A stretch of DNA of 60,513 nucleotides, from NCBI GenBank assembly GCA_963788655.1, contig CAWBHS010000104.1, positions 1-60,513 of the forward strand, given 5' to 3'. Shown piece after piece: positions 13,904 through 24,324 of this stretch. This stretch comes from an uncultured Verrucomicrobiae bacterium (GTDB lineage: Bacteria; Verrucomicrobiota; Verrucomicrobiia; Limisphaerales; JAFGQR01). A model generated the notes under the pieces. That model saw nothing but the letters and a program-made list of their open reading frames with translations, was not told the origin of the DNA and searched no databases. A program made the position numbers and the translations under genes. Position 1 is the stretch's first letter, and the number at the start of each line of letters is the position of its first letter.

Positions 13904-14794
13904 ATGATGAGCACCAGTAACGCCAACCATCCAGTTCTCAGCCGACGCCGCATGCTGACCCGCACCACCCGAGCCGCTGCGGCGCTCGCCCTGACTTCCT
14001 CCTTGGCCCCATTGTTTGCCGCGCCGGAGAAACGCGGCTTTCGGATTGGCGCCTGCGACTGGTCGCTGCGGCACATGGATCCAGGGGCGTTCGAAGTGGC
14101 CAAGCAAATTGGGCTGGACGGAGTCCAAGTCAGCCTGGGCACTGCGGCGAACCAAATGCACTTGCGCCAACCGGAGGTCCAACGGACCTACCTCGAGGCC
14201 TCCCGGAAAAGCGGGGTGGCGATCGCCAGTCTGGCCATTGGCGAAATGAACAACATCCCGCTCAAGAGCGATCCTCGCGCGGCGGTTTGGCTGGAAGATT
14301 CCATCCCCGTCATGGTGGCGCTGGGCGTGAAGGTGGTGTTGATTGCCGAGTTTAACAAAGGCGAACTCAAGGGCGACCGAGCCGGCGTGGATCATACGGT
14401 CGAGGTGCTGCAACGGATCGCGCCGAAGGCGGAAAAGGCCGGAGTCATCCTGGGCATCGAGAATTATCTGAGCGCCGAAGAAAACCTGGACATCCTGGCG
14501 CGGGTCAACTCGCCGGCGGTGCAGGTGTATTACGACGTGGGTAATTCGACCGACAAAGGCTACGACATTTACCAGGAGATTCGGATGCTCAAAGGCAAAG
14601 TGTGCGAATTCCACGCCAAAGACGCCGGCTACATGCTGGGCCAGGGCCGGGTCGATTTCCACAAAGTCCGGCAGGCGATGGATGACATCGATTATCGCGG
14701 TTGGATTCAGATCGAGGCTGCGGCCCCCCATAATCTGGTGGCGGATTATCAGGCGCATCTCAAATTCCTAAAGAGCGTTTTCCCGGCAGCCTGA
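13904..14794 (+). CDS. Tat-exported sugar phosphate isomerase/epimerase (xylose isomerase-like TIM barrel)
   Basis: SRRRML twin-arginine signal, and LGIEN, YYDVGN, FHAKD and IQIE metal-binding motifs. Confidence 0.88.
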   Translation: MMSTSNANHPVLSRRRMLTRTTRAAAALALTSSLAPLFAAPEKRGFRIGACDWSLRHMDPGAFEVAKQIGLDGVQVSLGTAANQMHLRQPEVQRTYLEASRKSGVAIASLAIGEMNNIPLKSDPRAAVWLEDSIPVMVALGVKVVLIAEFNKGELKGDRAGVDHTVEVLQRIAPKAEKAGVILGIENYLSAEENLDILARVNSPAVQVYYDVGNSTDKGYDIYQEIRMLKGKVCEFHAKDAGYMLGQGRVDFHKVRQAMDDIDYRGWIQIEAAAPHNLVADYQAHLKFLKSVFPAA

Positions 14795-14908
14795 CAGGGC
14801 GCGGCATTGGCGCAATCCGTCGAACACCCTGGCGGCAGGGACAAGATCGCCGCGAGCCTCTAACGCGCTGCTAAAGAATCGCCATTGCTCGAACGAACGT
14901 AACCTCCC

Positions 14909-15454
14909 ATGAGTGTCACCACCAAAACCGGAGACGCCGGCACCACCGGACTGATGTACAACCGGCGGGTTTCCAAGTGCCATCCGCGGGTGGAGGCTTG
15001 TGGCGGTATCGATGAGTTAAACAGTGCTCTGGGCCTGGCCCGCGCCCTGACTGATCGCGAGTTCGTGCGCGAACCGCTCCTGGCCATCCAGCAGGACTTG
15101 ATCGTGCTCATGGGCGAGCTGGCCACGTTGCCTGAGGATGCCGGTCGCTACGAACAGGACGGTTATTCGCGGGTGACCTCGGATCTGACCGCGCGACTGG
15201 ATCGTTTGGGGCAGACGCTCGAAGCGGAAAACGTCGCCGGTCCGGGTTGGGCCATGCCGGGAGCCAATCCTGCTTCAGCCGCGTTGGACGTAGCCCGCAC
15301 TGTGTGCCGACGGGCCGAGCGACGGGTTTGCGCGCTGCACGAGACGAAGCAACTCGCGAACGCCAAGATTCTGATCTACCTCAACCGTCTATCCGACGTT
15401 CTGTGGCTTGCGGCCCGATGGCTGGACGCGCAAAGCCATCCCCGAATTGAATAG
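14909..15454 (+). CDS. PduO-type ATP:cob(I)alamin adenosyltransferase
   Basis: TKTGDAGTTGL, DELNSALG, ARTVCRRAERR, YLNRLSD. Confidence 0.93.
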   Translation: MSVTTKTGDAGTTGLMYNRRVSKCHPRVEACGGIDELNSALGLARALTDREFVREPLLAIQQDLIVLMGELATLPEDAGRYEQDGYSRVTSDLTARLDRLGQTLEAENVAGPGWAMPGANPASAALDVARTVCRRAERRVCALHETKQLANAKILIYLNRLSDVLWLAARWLDAQSHPRIE

Positions 15455-15677
15455 CCAGTTGCCTTTGGCCGTCTGCGCTTCATAGCTTGTCCCGATACTA
15501 TGAGCGCGCCAGCCGTCTGTTTCATGTCCACGGTTTTCTGCCACCCACCGGCGGATTGGTTGCAATTGTTTGACAAAACGCTTGTGGTTTGTGGGATTGA
15601 ACCGTATCGAATGGGAGTCCATTTCCAATGACACAGCGCAGAACATAAACATCGCCAACCTTGCCCGAATCAACCGA

Positions 15678-16719
15678 ATGAGCACCTCGCCAATTTCAAC
15701 CCCGCAGGCCCCGCCGTCCGATCAGGATCTCCAGGCTGTGCAAAACCTCAAAGAATCCTGCGCCAAAATCAAAACCGAGTTGGCCAAGGTCATCGTCGGT
15801 CAGGAACAAGTGATCCAAGAGGTGCTGATTGCCATCCTTACCCGTAGTCACGCGCTGCTGGTCGGGGTGCCGGGGTTGGCCAAAACGCTGCTGGTTTCCA
15901 CGCTGGCGCAGACGTTGCACCTTACCTTCAAACGCATCCAGTTCACCCCCGACCTGATGCCCAGCGACATCACCGGCACCGAGGTGATTTACCAGGATCC
16001 CGCCACCGGCCAGCGCGAGTTCCGGTTCCTCAAAGGCCCGATTTTCGCCAACATGATTTTGGCGGACGAAATCAACCGCACGCCGCCCAAGACGCAGGCA
16101 GCCATGCTCGAATCGATGCAGGAACGCAAGGTCAGCGTCGGGCGGCACGGATTTCCCGCTGCCGGACCCATTCTTCGTGCTCGCCACGCAAAATCCCATC
16201 GAGCAAGAGGGCACCTACCCGTTGCCCGAGGCGCAACTCGACCGGTTCATGTTCATGATCAACGTGGAGTATCCCAGCGATCTGGAAGAACGGGAGATCA
16301 TGAAAATGGCCACCGGCGTCAGCATGGGCAAACCGGAACCCGTCCTGACCGCCGAGGAAATCATCAACCTCCAACAAGTCGTGCGCCGCATGCCAGTGGC
16401 CGAGCACGTTTATGCTTACGGAGAAAAACTGGTGCGCGTGACCCGGCCGAAATCCGACGAGGCGCTGGATTTCTGCAAGAAATGGCTGACCTGGGGTGCT
16501 GGTCCGCGGGCAGGGTTGAATCTCATTCTGGCCGCTAAAGCCCGGGCGATGCTGGCCGGCCAGTTTTACGTAAGCTGCGACGATGTGGAAGCCGTCGCGT
16601 TGCCCATCTTCCGGCATCGCATCATCCTGAACTTCGCCGCCCAAAGCGAATCGGTGACCGCCGATGACATCACCCGCAAGATTTTGGAAAGCGTGCCGAA
16701 GGACGAGAAGTTGAAGTGA
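15678..16719 (+). CDS. MoxR-family AAA+ ATPase (one frameshift near 16140)
   Basis: [35 protein letters not shown], then [22 protein letters not shown] in the next frame. Confidence 0.93.
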
Positions 16720-16720
16720 G

Positions 16721-17626
16721 ATGGCCACTCCCGACCCCAACCAACTCCTCGATCCCGTCGCCATCGCCCGCGCCGAATCGCTCGGATTGAACGCGCGTTA
16801 CATTGTTGAGGGTTATATGGCGGGCGAGCACAAATCGCCTTACCGCGGGTTTGCCATCGAGTTCGCCCAGCATCGCGAATACACGCACGGTGACGATACC
16901 CGCCATCTCGACTGGAAAGTCCTTGGCCGCACCGACCGTTATTACATCAAACAATACGAGCAGGAAACCAATTACGTTGCCCACCTCCTGCTCGACGGCA
17001 GCGAGTCGATGAAATACGGCTCCGGCAAGCTGACCAAGCTGCACTACGGCAAAATGATGGCGGCCTGCCTGGCCTACCTCATTCTTCATCAGCGCGATGC
17101 CGTGGCCCTCGGTTTGTTCGACACCGCAGTACGCGATTACACGCCGCGCAGCGACAACATCGCCACCATCCACCACCTGATGTCCAAGCTGGCCGCGTTC
17201 GATCCGCAGGCGCAAACCGACATCAGCACGGTGCTGCACGACATGGCGCATCAAATCCGCCGCAAAGGCATTGTCATCGTAATCAGCGATTTCTTCGACG
17301 ACGAACAAAAGGTGCTCGACGGCATTCAACACCTGCGGTTTGGCGGCAATGAGGTCATCGTGTTCCATGTCATGGATCCCTACGAACTGGAGTTTCCGTT
17401 CCTGGGCTTGGTGGAATTTGACGGGTTGGAAGGCATTCCCAAAATCCTGACCCGCCCCAGTGAAATCCGTAAAAGCTACCTGCGCGAGGTCGAAGCGTTC
17501 CGGTTGCGCTTGCGGGAAGGTTGCGAGAAAAACCACTGCCATTACGTCCTGGTCAACACCGCGCAACCGTTGCCCGAGGTGCTGAGCGGGTATTTGGCGT
17601 TTCGCCGGCGAACCACGACGCGATGA
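16721..17626 (+). CDS. DUF58 domain protein
   Basis: GEHKSPYRGFAIEFAQHREYTHGDDTRHLDWK, LLLDGSESM, ISDFFD. Follows the MoxR gene. Confidence 0.92.
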   Translation: MATPDPNQLLDPVAIARAESLGLNARYIVEGYMAGEHKSPYRGFAIEFAQHREYTHGDDTRHLDWKVLGRTDRYYIKQYEQETNYVAHLLLDGSESMKYGSGKLTKLHYGKMMAACLAYLILHQRDAVALGLFDTAVRDYTPRSDNIATIHHLMSKLAAFDPQAQTDISTVLHDMAHQIRRKGIVIVISDFFDDEQKVLDGIQHLRFGGNEVIVFHVMDPYELEFPFLGLVEFDGLEGIPKILTRPSEIRKSYLREVEAFRLRLREGCEKNHCHYVLVNTAQPLPEVLSGYLAFRRRTTTR

Positions 17627-17633
17627 GGAAAGG

Positions 17634-17701
17634 AATGACCAATGACCAATGACCAATGACGCAATGACCAGAGAATGCCCAGGAGGCAATGACCAATGAC
17701 C
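17634..17701. repeat. Heptamer array (AATGACC)n, upstream arm of four-helix-bundle cassette 2
   Basis: AATGACC x3, AATGACG-C, AATGACC, AGAG, AATGCCC, AGGAGGC, AATGACC x2. Starts 7 nt after the DUF58 stop. Confidence 0.93.
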
Positions 17702-18188
17702 GAACATTCGGCAGCAGTCAGCGGTAGTGAGTCGTGGGAGAATGAGAAGGTGAAGGACGCTTATCCTGAATCTTCGGGGTTCTTTTTCGAGCTTCGGGAA
17801 CAGGGAACGGAGCTTCCAGGGAGGAACTGTTTTAGGACCGGCACCGTTTGATCTTGAGGAACGGACGGCGAAGTTTGGAGAAGCCGTCATCCAGTTCGCC
17901 AAGAAGCTGCGTCCTGTACCAGCTAACAATCGCATTATCGACCAATTAGTCGGCTGCGGGACGAGTATAGGTGCCAATTACTGTGAAGCAGACGAAGCGG
18001 TTTCTAAAAAGGAATTTCTGAACAAGATCGGCACCTGCAAGAAAGAAGCCAAGGAAACCAAATTCTTCCTGCGAATGTCCGCCATTGCGGAACCCGAACT
18101 GAAAGCTGAAGCTCGCCGACTCTGGCGTGAAGCCAAAGAACTGCACCTCATCTTCGCCGCCATCTTCCGTAAAGGACGGGGGAAATGA
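17696..18188 (+). CDS. Four helix bundle protein (23S rRNA IVP family), one apparent frameshift near 17820; missed by ORF track
   Basis: Manual translation: PFDLEERTAKFGEAVIQFAKKL...DQLVGCGTSIGANYCEADEAVSKKEFLNKIGTCKKEAKETKFFLRM...EAKELHLIFAAIFRKGRGK*. AGGAGG lies 9 nt before ATG 17696, whose frame needs a 1-nt correction to join the domain. Confidence 0.85.
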
Positions 18189-18433
18189 CCAATGAACCAA
18201 GGCCCAAGTAATGACCAAGCAATGAGCACCCAGAGTTTAGAGATGCATGTTTTAAAGTCGCGTGCCGCGCGTCAGTCAGCGCCGCTAACTGGAACTTGGC
18301 GCTTTCGACCTTGGTCGTTCTGCGGTTATTGGCCATTGAACACTTATCGTTCGTCACCCCTTGGTTCCCGATCCTTCATTGGTCATTGGCACTTGTTCAT
18401 TCTCCGGTCATTGGTCGTTGGTCATTGGTCATT
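18184..18433. repeat. Downstream repeat region of cassette 2: AATGACC-like units (18184-18227), then inverted GGTCATT-like units (18313-18337, 18374-18433)
   Basis: GGTCATT, GGTCGTT, GGCCATT and GTTCATT units. The block 18374-18433 mirrors the upstream arm, including a 4-nt spacer (CTCC versus AGAG). Confidence 0.9.
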
Positions 18434-18473
18434 TTTCCCCCCTTCTTTCTAAGTCTCCGAAAGCTCCTATCCA

Positions 18474-20681
18474 ATGTCCTTTCTCAACCCCATCATGCTC
18501 TTCGGACTGGCGGCGGTATCGGTACCGATCATCATCCACTTGCTGAACCGGCGGCGCTTTCAGAAAATCCAATGGGCGGCGATGCGGTTTCTAAAAATCA
18601 GCGTCGAGCAAAACCAGAAGCGGATGCGCATCGAAGATCTGATTCTGCTCGCGCTGCGCTGCCTGTTGCTGTTGCTGCTGGCGCTGGCGCTGGCACGACC
18701 GGCCCTGCTCTCCTCGGCCAACGGCGCATTCGGACAATCCAAAGTCACGGCGGTGATTGTCCTCGACAATTCCTACAGCATGGGCACCAGTGACGGTACC
18801 CGGACCCGTTTCGAAAAAGCCCAGGACGCGGCGTTGCAGGCGCTCGACTCGATGCCCGCCGGTTCCGCCACCGCACTGTTGTACGCTTCGGATGTTGTCA
18901 ATGCTGCCATTCCCGAACCGACCTTTGACCTGAACCTGGCCCGCAAACTGATTCGCGAAGCGCCGCTCACCGACCGCGGCACCGACCTGTTTCCCGCCCT
19001 CCAAAAAGCCGTCGATACCCTCAAAGGCCGTCTGGTCATTCGCAAGGAGATTTATCTCATCACCGACGGGCAATCCGCGGGCTGGCGGCAACTGGCGGAA
19101 ATCCAGAACGTCCTCGAACGGGCCAAGACGGAGATCAACAGCCACCTCATTCTGGTGAGTGAACACGAAACCCAAAATCTCGGCCTCAGCAACCTGCGCC
19201 TGGCCAGCGGTCTTTCACCGGCTCGACAGGCGCTGCGGTTTCAGGCGAAAGTGACCAATTACGGCACCGAAGAACGCCGCAATACCCGCGTGGCCCTGAG
19301 CGTGGATGAGGAACCACCGTGCGACGAATTCAACATCGACGCCCTGCCGCCCGGCGCCACGCGCAGCGTGTCGCTCTTCGCCAAATTGCCGACCGCCGGT
19401 TTCCACGCCATCACAGCCCGCATCCCGGAAGACCGTTTGCACGCCGACGACCGACGCCTCATGGCCGTGCGCGCCATCGACGAAGTGCGCGTGCTGCTGG
19501 TTGATGGCGAGCCGGGCAACGAGCCGCGCGACAGTGAAGTCTTCTTTTTGCACAACGCCCTGGTGCCGGTTCCACCGGAGATGGCCCCGAACTATTTTGT
19601 CAAAGTCACCGCGCTCACGTCCTCGGAATTCTCCCAGGCCCGCCTGGATGAGTACGACGCCATCTTCCTGGCCAACGTGCCCGACTTCTCCGAGAAGACC
19701 CTGCAAGCGCTCGAGAGTTATCTGCGACGCGGCGGCGGGCTGATCATCTTTCCCGGCGGCCGAGTGAACGTCACCTTTTACAACGAGCAGTTGTTGAAAC
19801 GGTTCAACTTCCTGCCAGCGGCGCTGGGTTCGGCGCTGGGCCAGGTCGAAGATGAATTCAAGTTTACCCGGTTCCAGGACAAGGATTACACCCATCCCAT
19901 CGTTTCGATATGGAACGATCCTTCGGCCGGCACGCTGGCCTCGGCGCGGATTTTCAAATGGTTCGCCCTCCAACCGGCACCGCCAGTCAAATCTTCCGCG
20001 ACCCAGCCAGCCACCGCGGACAATCAACATCCCCAGGAAGCCGGTGACCCGCGTATCGTGTTGAAGTACGCCGATGGCTCACCGGCGGTGATGGAGCGGA
20101 CGTGGGGACTGGGACGCGTGGTGTTGTTCAGCAGCACGGCGGACACGGCCTGGAACGATCTGCCGGTACGCCTGGCCTGGCTACCGTTGGTGCATCGGAC
20201 GCTGGGGGCAATCATCGAGCGTCAGGACGAAGGCTTGAACATCCGCGTGGGCGAGCAATTCGTCCGGCGCGTGAAAATGGAATACCTGGACAAGGACGCC
20301 ACGTTTTTCAAGCCGCGCCAAACCGATGCCGTTCGCGATTTGCGTCGGGTCGAGTTGGTCAACGGTTGGCCGTTGCTGCAATACCGCCAGACGGATTTGG
20401 CCGGACTGTACGATGTGAATATTCCTGATCCGCCCTTGACGATGAAGTTTGCCACGCAAGCCAACGCCGCGGAATCGAGTCTCGAAGAACTCTCCCCGGC
20501 GCAGCTCAAGACCATCGGTTCGGTGGCGCAAATCATTACTTGGACCCCGAACTTGGTGTTAACGGACGTGGTCGAGCAGGCGCGTAGCGGCCTGGAATTC
20601 TGGCTGCCGATTGCCATCGCCGCGCTGCTCGTGGCCGCCGTCGAAACGTTTCTGGCCCAGTGGTTCAGCCGGGCGAAGTGA
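18474..20681 (+). CDS. BatA N-terminal / VWA domain membrane protein
   Basis: PIIIHLLNRRR...WAAMRFL double-TM BatA motif, DNSYSM MIDAS, ITDGQ, C-terminal TM. Confidence 0.9.
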   Translation: MSFLNPIMLFGLAAVSVPIIIHLLNRRRFQKIQWAAMRFLKISVEQNQKRMRIEDLILLALRCLLLLLLALALARPALLSSANGAFGQSKVTAVIVLDNSYSMGTSDGTRTRFEKAQDAALQALDSMPAGSATALLYASDVVNAAIPEPTFDLNLARKLIREAPLTDRGTDLFPALQKAVDTLKGRLVIRKEIYLITDGQSAGWRQLAEIQNVLERAKTEINSHLILVSEHETQNLGLSNLRLASGLSPARQALRFQAKVTNYGTEERRNTRVALSVDEEPPCDEFNIDALPPGATRSVSLFAKLPTAGFHAITARIPEDRLHADDRRLMAVRAIDEVRVLLVDGEPGNEPRDSEVFFLHNALVPVPPEMAPNYFVKVTALTSSEFSQARLDEYDAIFLANVPDFSEKTLQALESYLRRGGGLIIFPGGRVNVTFYNEQLLKRFNFLPAALGSALGQVEDEFKFTRFQDKDYTHPIVSIWNDPSAGTLASARIFKWFALQPAPPVKSSATQPATADNQHPQEAGDPRIVLKYADGSPAVMERTWGLGRVVLFSSTADTAWNDLPVRLAWLPLVHRTLGAIIERQDEGLNIRVGEQFVRRVKMEYLDKDATFFKPRQTDAVRDLRRVELVNGWPLLQYRQTDLAGLYDVNIPDPPLTMKFATQANAAESSLEELSPAQLKTIGSVAQIITWTPNLVLTDVVEQARSGLEFWLPIAIAALLVAAVETFLAQWFSRAK

Positions 20682-20748
20682 GCGACCCCGGGACGGCATT
20701 TAACGGCAACAATTCGGTAGAAGGTTAGCGACGGAACGCTTTGGTGAG

Positions 20749-20883
20749 GTAGGACAGGCGTCTCGCCTGTCCCGAGCAACCCAGAGCTTACCTCACCTTG
20801 TTCTGCCTCCGAAAAATTCAGGTCGATTCAATGCCATCCCTTGGTTTGCTTCCATGCGAGACCGGGTGGGACGCCTGTCCTGC
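20749..20883. repeat. Inverted pair of GTAG-type REP-like palindromes (family A)
   Basis: GTAGGACAGGCGTCTCGCCTGTCCC (20749-20773) and GAGACCGGGTGGGACGCCTGTCCTGC (20858-20883), between convergent genes. Confidence 0.8.
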
Positions 20884-20898
20884 GGAATCGTCCCGCCT

Positions 20899-21783
20899 TT
20901 ACCGGGGCGGTTTGCGATCCGTGAAGCAGCGCGGGTGACCGTCGCGGCGCAGGAGGAAGTAGCGGGGCGGCTCGAAGTGGTGCTCGGCGGAGAAGGGTTC
21001 GGCAAATTTGTCGCCACACAAATCGCGTCGCACAAAGAACGCATTGATGCCGGATAATTCGCAACCGACCAGTGCATAGCCTAATTCGGCACCCAGCTTC
21101 TCGTACGCCTTCAAGCTCGCGCCCATGTACGAGGTGCAGTTATAGACCAGCTTCGGATCATACTCGACCGTCCAGTCCACGGCGGGCGGGTATAACGAGT
21201 TGTATTCCATGACCACCACCCGCGGCCGGTAGTGCTTGAGCGCCTGCCAGACAAAATACGTGTTGCGGTCGATATCGAGCGAGAAGAGGTCAAACTCGGT
21301 GGGCACCTTCAGGTGCTCCAGGATTTGCGGTGCGCTCTCCGCCGTCACCATGGCTTGCTGAAGGGTCAGGTTGCCCTGCGCCAGCGGTTGCCAGAAGGTC
21401 TTGCGAATCTTGGCCAGGGCACTGTCATCGCCGTCCACCCAACAGCCTTTCCAGCCTTGTTCGAGCAGAAAGACGGTATTGTTTTCCAGGCCGTCGCCAA
21501 CCCCAATTTCAACAAACACCCGATCCGTGGAGCCAATGCGGCGAAAGATTTCCGCGATCACACCGTCCTCGCCGTTCTGGGAATAGACCTGGTGCTCGTG
21601 GTGGTTCAACCGTTTGGGATCCGCGTACCGCGGCTGCGCCAGCAGGCTTTGGAGGAACTGGTGCTGGAGGATTTGGGTTTGTCGGTCGATGTTGCCCGGA
21701 ATGCTGTAAAGCTTCTGCCACGTCTGTTTGAAATAGCCGAACAAAGCAAACTTGTAGGCGATTCGCCGAAAGAGTTCTCTCAT
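20899..21783 (-). CDS. FkbM-like SAM-dependent methyltransferase (putative glycan modification)
   Basis: YSQNGEDGVI, FVEIGVGDG, SLDIDRN, VMEYN, NAFFVR. ATGA overlap with the gmd stop. Confidence 0.7.
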   Translation of the reverse strand: MRELFRRIAYKFALFGYFKQTWQKLYSIPGNIDRQTQILQHQFLQSLLAQPRYADPKRLNHHEHQVYSQNGEDGVIAEIFRRIGSTDRVFVEIGVGDGLENNTVFLLEQGWKGCWVDGDDSALAKIRKTFWQPLAQGNLTLQQAMVTAESAPQILEHLKVPTEFDLFSLDIDRNTYFVWQALKHYRPRVVVMEYNSLYPPAVDWTVEYDPKLVYNCTSYMGASLKAYEKLGAELGYALVGCELSGINAFFVRRDLCGDKFAEPFSAEHHFEPPRYFLLRRDGHPRCFTDRKPPR

Positions 21784-22799
21784 GTCGCACCTCGCTGTTT
21801 CGGAGCCGGATTGGCCCGTTCGAATTCCGACCGCTGTTCCAATTCCGCCTGCACCAGGTCCGCCACGGTTTGTGGAAAATTCCATTCGCGTTGCCACTTC
21901 AGGACCGCGGCGGCTTTGGCGGGATTGCCACACAATCCGGACGTCACTTGGTTGGACTGATCGTCGGGACGGTTCACAGTGACGTGTTTCCGATAGTCCA
22001 ATCCCGCGGCGCGGAACGCCAAGTCCACCATCTCTTCGACGCGCCGCGAGGTGCCCGACGCAAAGACAAAGTCGTCGGGTTGCCCGGCTTGCAAGGTCAG
22101 CCAGAAGCCGCGCACAAAATCCCGCGCGTCACTCCAATCGCGTTCGGCGCCAAGGCCGGCCAGTTCGAGTTGGTCCAGTTCGCCGCGCCGGATCGCCGCG
22201 ACGGCCCGCGCCACTCGGGCGCTGAGATAGTTCGGCGGGCGCAAGGGCGATTCGTGATTGTAAAGAATCCCCACCGACACAAACTGCCCGTACCGGCTGC
22301 GATGCAATCGTCCGAACTGGTCGGCCGCCAATTTGGCGATGCCGTAAGGCGTGACCGGCCGCATAAGGGTTTCTTCGTCTTGCGGCACTTGCACCGGCAC
22401 CCCGAACACCTCGCACGACGAGGCCAGGAAGATACGCGCCTCGCGGCAAATCTCGCGGGCCGCTTCGAGCAGACGAAGCGTTCCCAGCGTGATGGACAAA
22501 ACGCTTTCCTCCGGTACGAGAAAACTCTGGCGCGAATCCGTCAGTCCGGCCAGGTGGTAAACTTCATCCGGTTGAGCAGCCTTGAAGAAGCGCACGAGCG
22601 AAAAGGGATCTTCGAGCGAACCGTTATACCAGCGGACGGTCGCCATGTCCTCCGGACTGAAACGCCGACGCAATCCGGGCTCTTCGCGATCAAACGGAAA
22701 CTGGAGCAGGCCATGCACCTCGTAACCCTGTCGCAATAGCCAGCGGGCGAGATACGTCCCGTCCTGTCCGGCAATGCCCGTAATGGCCGCGCGTTTCAT
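21780..22799 (-). CDS. gmd: GDP-mannose 4,6-dehydratase
   Basis: ITGIAGQDGTYLA, PDEVYHLAG, PYGIAK, ILYNHESPLR, RDWSDARD. Confidence 0.88.
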   Translation of the reverse strand: MKRAAITGIAGQDGTYLARWLLRQGYEVHGLLQFPFDREEPGLRRRFSPEDMATVRWYNGSLEDPFSLVRFFKAAQPDEVYHLAGLTDSRQSFLVPEESVLSITLGTLRLLEAAREICREARIFLASSCEVFGVPVQVPQDEETLMRPVTPYGIAKLAADQFGRLHRSRYGQFVSVGILYNHESPLRPPNYLSARVARAVAAIRRGELDQLELAGLGAERDWSDARDFVRGFWLTLQAGQPDDFVFASGTSRRVEEMVDLAFRAAGLDYRKHVTVNRPDDQSNQVTSGLCGNPAKAAAVLKWQREWNFPQTVADLVQAELEQRSEFERANPAPKQRGAT

Positions 22800-22804
22800 G
22801 CGGG

Positions 22805-24094
22805 CTATTTGCCGACCAACCGCACCGTCGGCATCGGCAACAGGAACTTGCCGCCATGCGCCAGGAACTCTTGTTCGCGCTGCTTGAACTCGTCAATAAA
22901 ATGCCAGGGCAACACCAGGTAATAGTGCGGTTTCTTTTTGCGCGAGTCCTCTTCGGAAATGATCGGGATGTTCGTGCCGATGGTGTGGGAACCCCATTTG
23001 TCCGGGTTACGATCCGCCACCGCGGGCAGGAGTTTGGGCGTGATGCCGCAGTATTGGAGCGTGATGTTGCCTTTCGTCGAAGCGCCGTAGCCGTGAACCA
23101 GTTTCTTCTGCGTCTTGGCCTTTTTCAAGAACGCCAGCAGATCCTTTTTGATCTTCACAATGTTCTTTCGGAACTCGGCGTACGGCGCGTCAGTGTCCAG
23201 GGCCATTTCGAATTCCTTGAGCCGCAATTCCTGGACCCGTTCCCGCGCCGCCTCGGTGGGATTGACCCGGCCCGCATGGCCCACCGCGAGACAGAAACTG
23301 CCACCGTTGATGTCATTCAACGTAACATCGAGCACTTCCAGGTCATGCTCCGCCAGCAACCGTTCCATCGGGGCGAGCGAATAATACTCGAGATGCTCGT
23401 GGCAGATGGTGTCAAAGCTGTTCATCTCGAGCATCGAGGGCAGGTAACTGAGTTCCAGAATCCACACCCCCTGTTCGTGCAGGATGCTCTTGATGTCGCC
23501 GACAAATGAGTGCGGATTCTCCAGGTCGTAGAACATCGCGATGGACGTGATGATCTTGGGCTTTTGGTCCGGAGAGGCTTGCCGAAAGCTGGCGGCCGAA
23601 AAGAAATCGTTCACCACCGGTACGCCATTGGCCTTCGCGTAAGCGACGATGTTGGTCGCCGGGTCAAACCCCAAAATCTTCAAGCCGGGCGTCTGGTAGG
23701 ATTTGAGCAGCGTGCCGTCGTTGCAGCCGATATCCATCACGAGATCGCCCGCGTTGGGCTGGGCAATGCTGGCGGCCATCCGCGTGATCGAGGCCAGGTG
23801 ATCGCGCATGGTTTGGTTGATGCCCGAGCGGTACCAGTAAGAACGATAGAGCACCTTGGGCGGGACGGAGTGCCGCAATTGCACGAGGCCGCAAGCCTGC
23901 TGGTCTTTGGCCGGGTCGCACCGCACCAGTTCGAGCGGCGTGCGGCGTTGTACCGGCGGCCGACCATCCGGTCCGGCGAAGGCCCCGGAAATGTATTGAT
24001 CGCCGAGTGAAACCACCGGCGTCAGGGCCGGGCTACCGCAAATCCGGCACGTCTGGCGCGTCACTAAAACCGACGAAAATGATTTGGATGCCAT
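22805..24094 (-). CDS. NDP-hexose C-methyltransferase-like protein (Zn-binding N-terminus)
   Basis: CRICG, DIGCNDG, FDTICHEHLEYYS, HGYGASTKGN, VLPWHF. Confidence 0.88.
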   Translation of the reverse strand: MASKSFSSVLVTRQTCRICGSPALTPVVSLGDQYISGAFAGPDGRPPVQRRTPLELVRCDPAKDQQACGLVQLRHSVPPKVLYRSYWYRSGINQTMRDHLASITRMAASIAQPNAGDLVMDIGCNDGTLLKSYQTPGLKILGFDPATNIVAYAKANGVPVVNDFFSAASFRQASPDQKPKIITSIAMFYDLENPHSFVGDIKSILHEQGVWILELSYLPSMLEMNSFDTICHEHLEYYSLAPMERLLAEHDLEVLDVTLNDINGGSFCLAVGHAGRVNPTEAARERVQELRLKEFEMALDTDAPYAEFRKNIVKIKKDLLAFLKKAKTQKKLVHGYGASTKGNITLQYCGITPKLLPAVADRNPDKWGSHTIGTNIPIISEEDSRKKKPHYYLVLPWHFIDEFKQREQEFLAHGGKFLLPMPTVRLVGK

Positions 24095-24324
24095 CGCGGG
24101 GCAATGAACCAGAAACGGCTGAGGCCAACAAGAATTAAAACGGCACGAAAGGCGGAGCGAATTGCGCCCAGCAACTGACGCACTCTTTATGCTGGATTTT
24201 ATCCGCCATATCTGTATTCTTAATCCGATCACAGCATCAATCACCCATATTGGCATTGCGCCGGCAGATCGTCGCAGGCCTGGTAAAAGTCTGGAATGCG
24301 CAACATTCAAAAGTCGTATCGCTC

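Noticed and set aside
18192..18793. ORFs rich in IGHWSLVIGH-type peptides
   Set aside because: They are translations of the GGTCATT array, not credible proteins.
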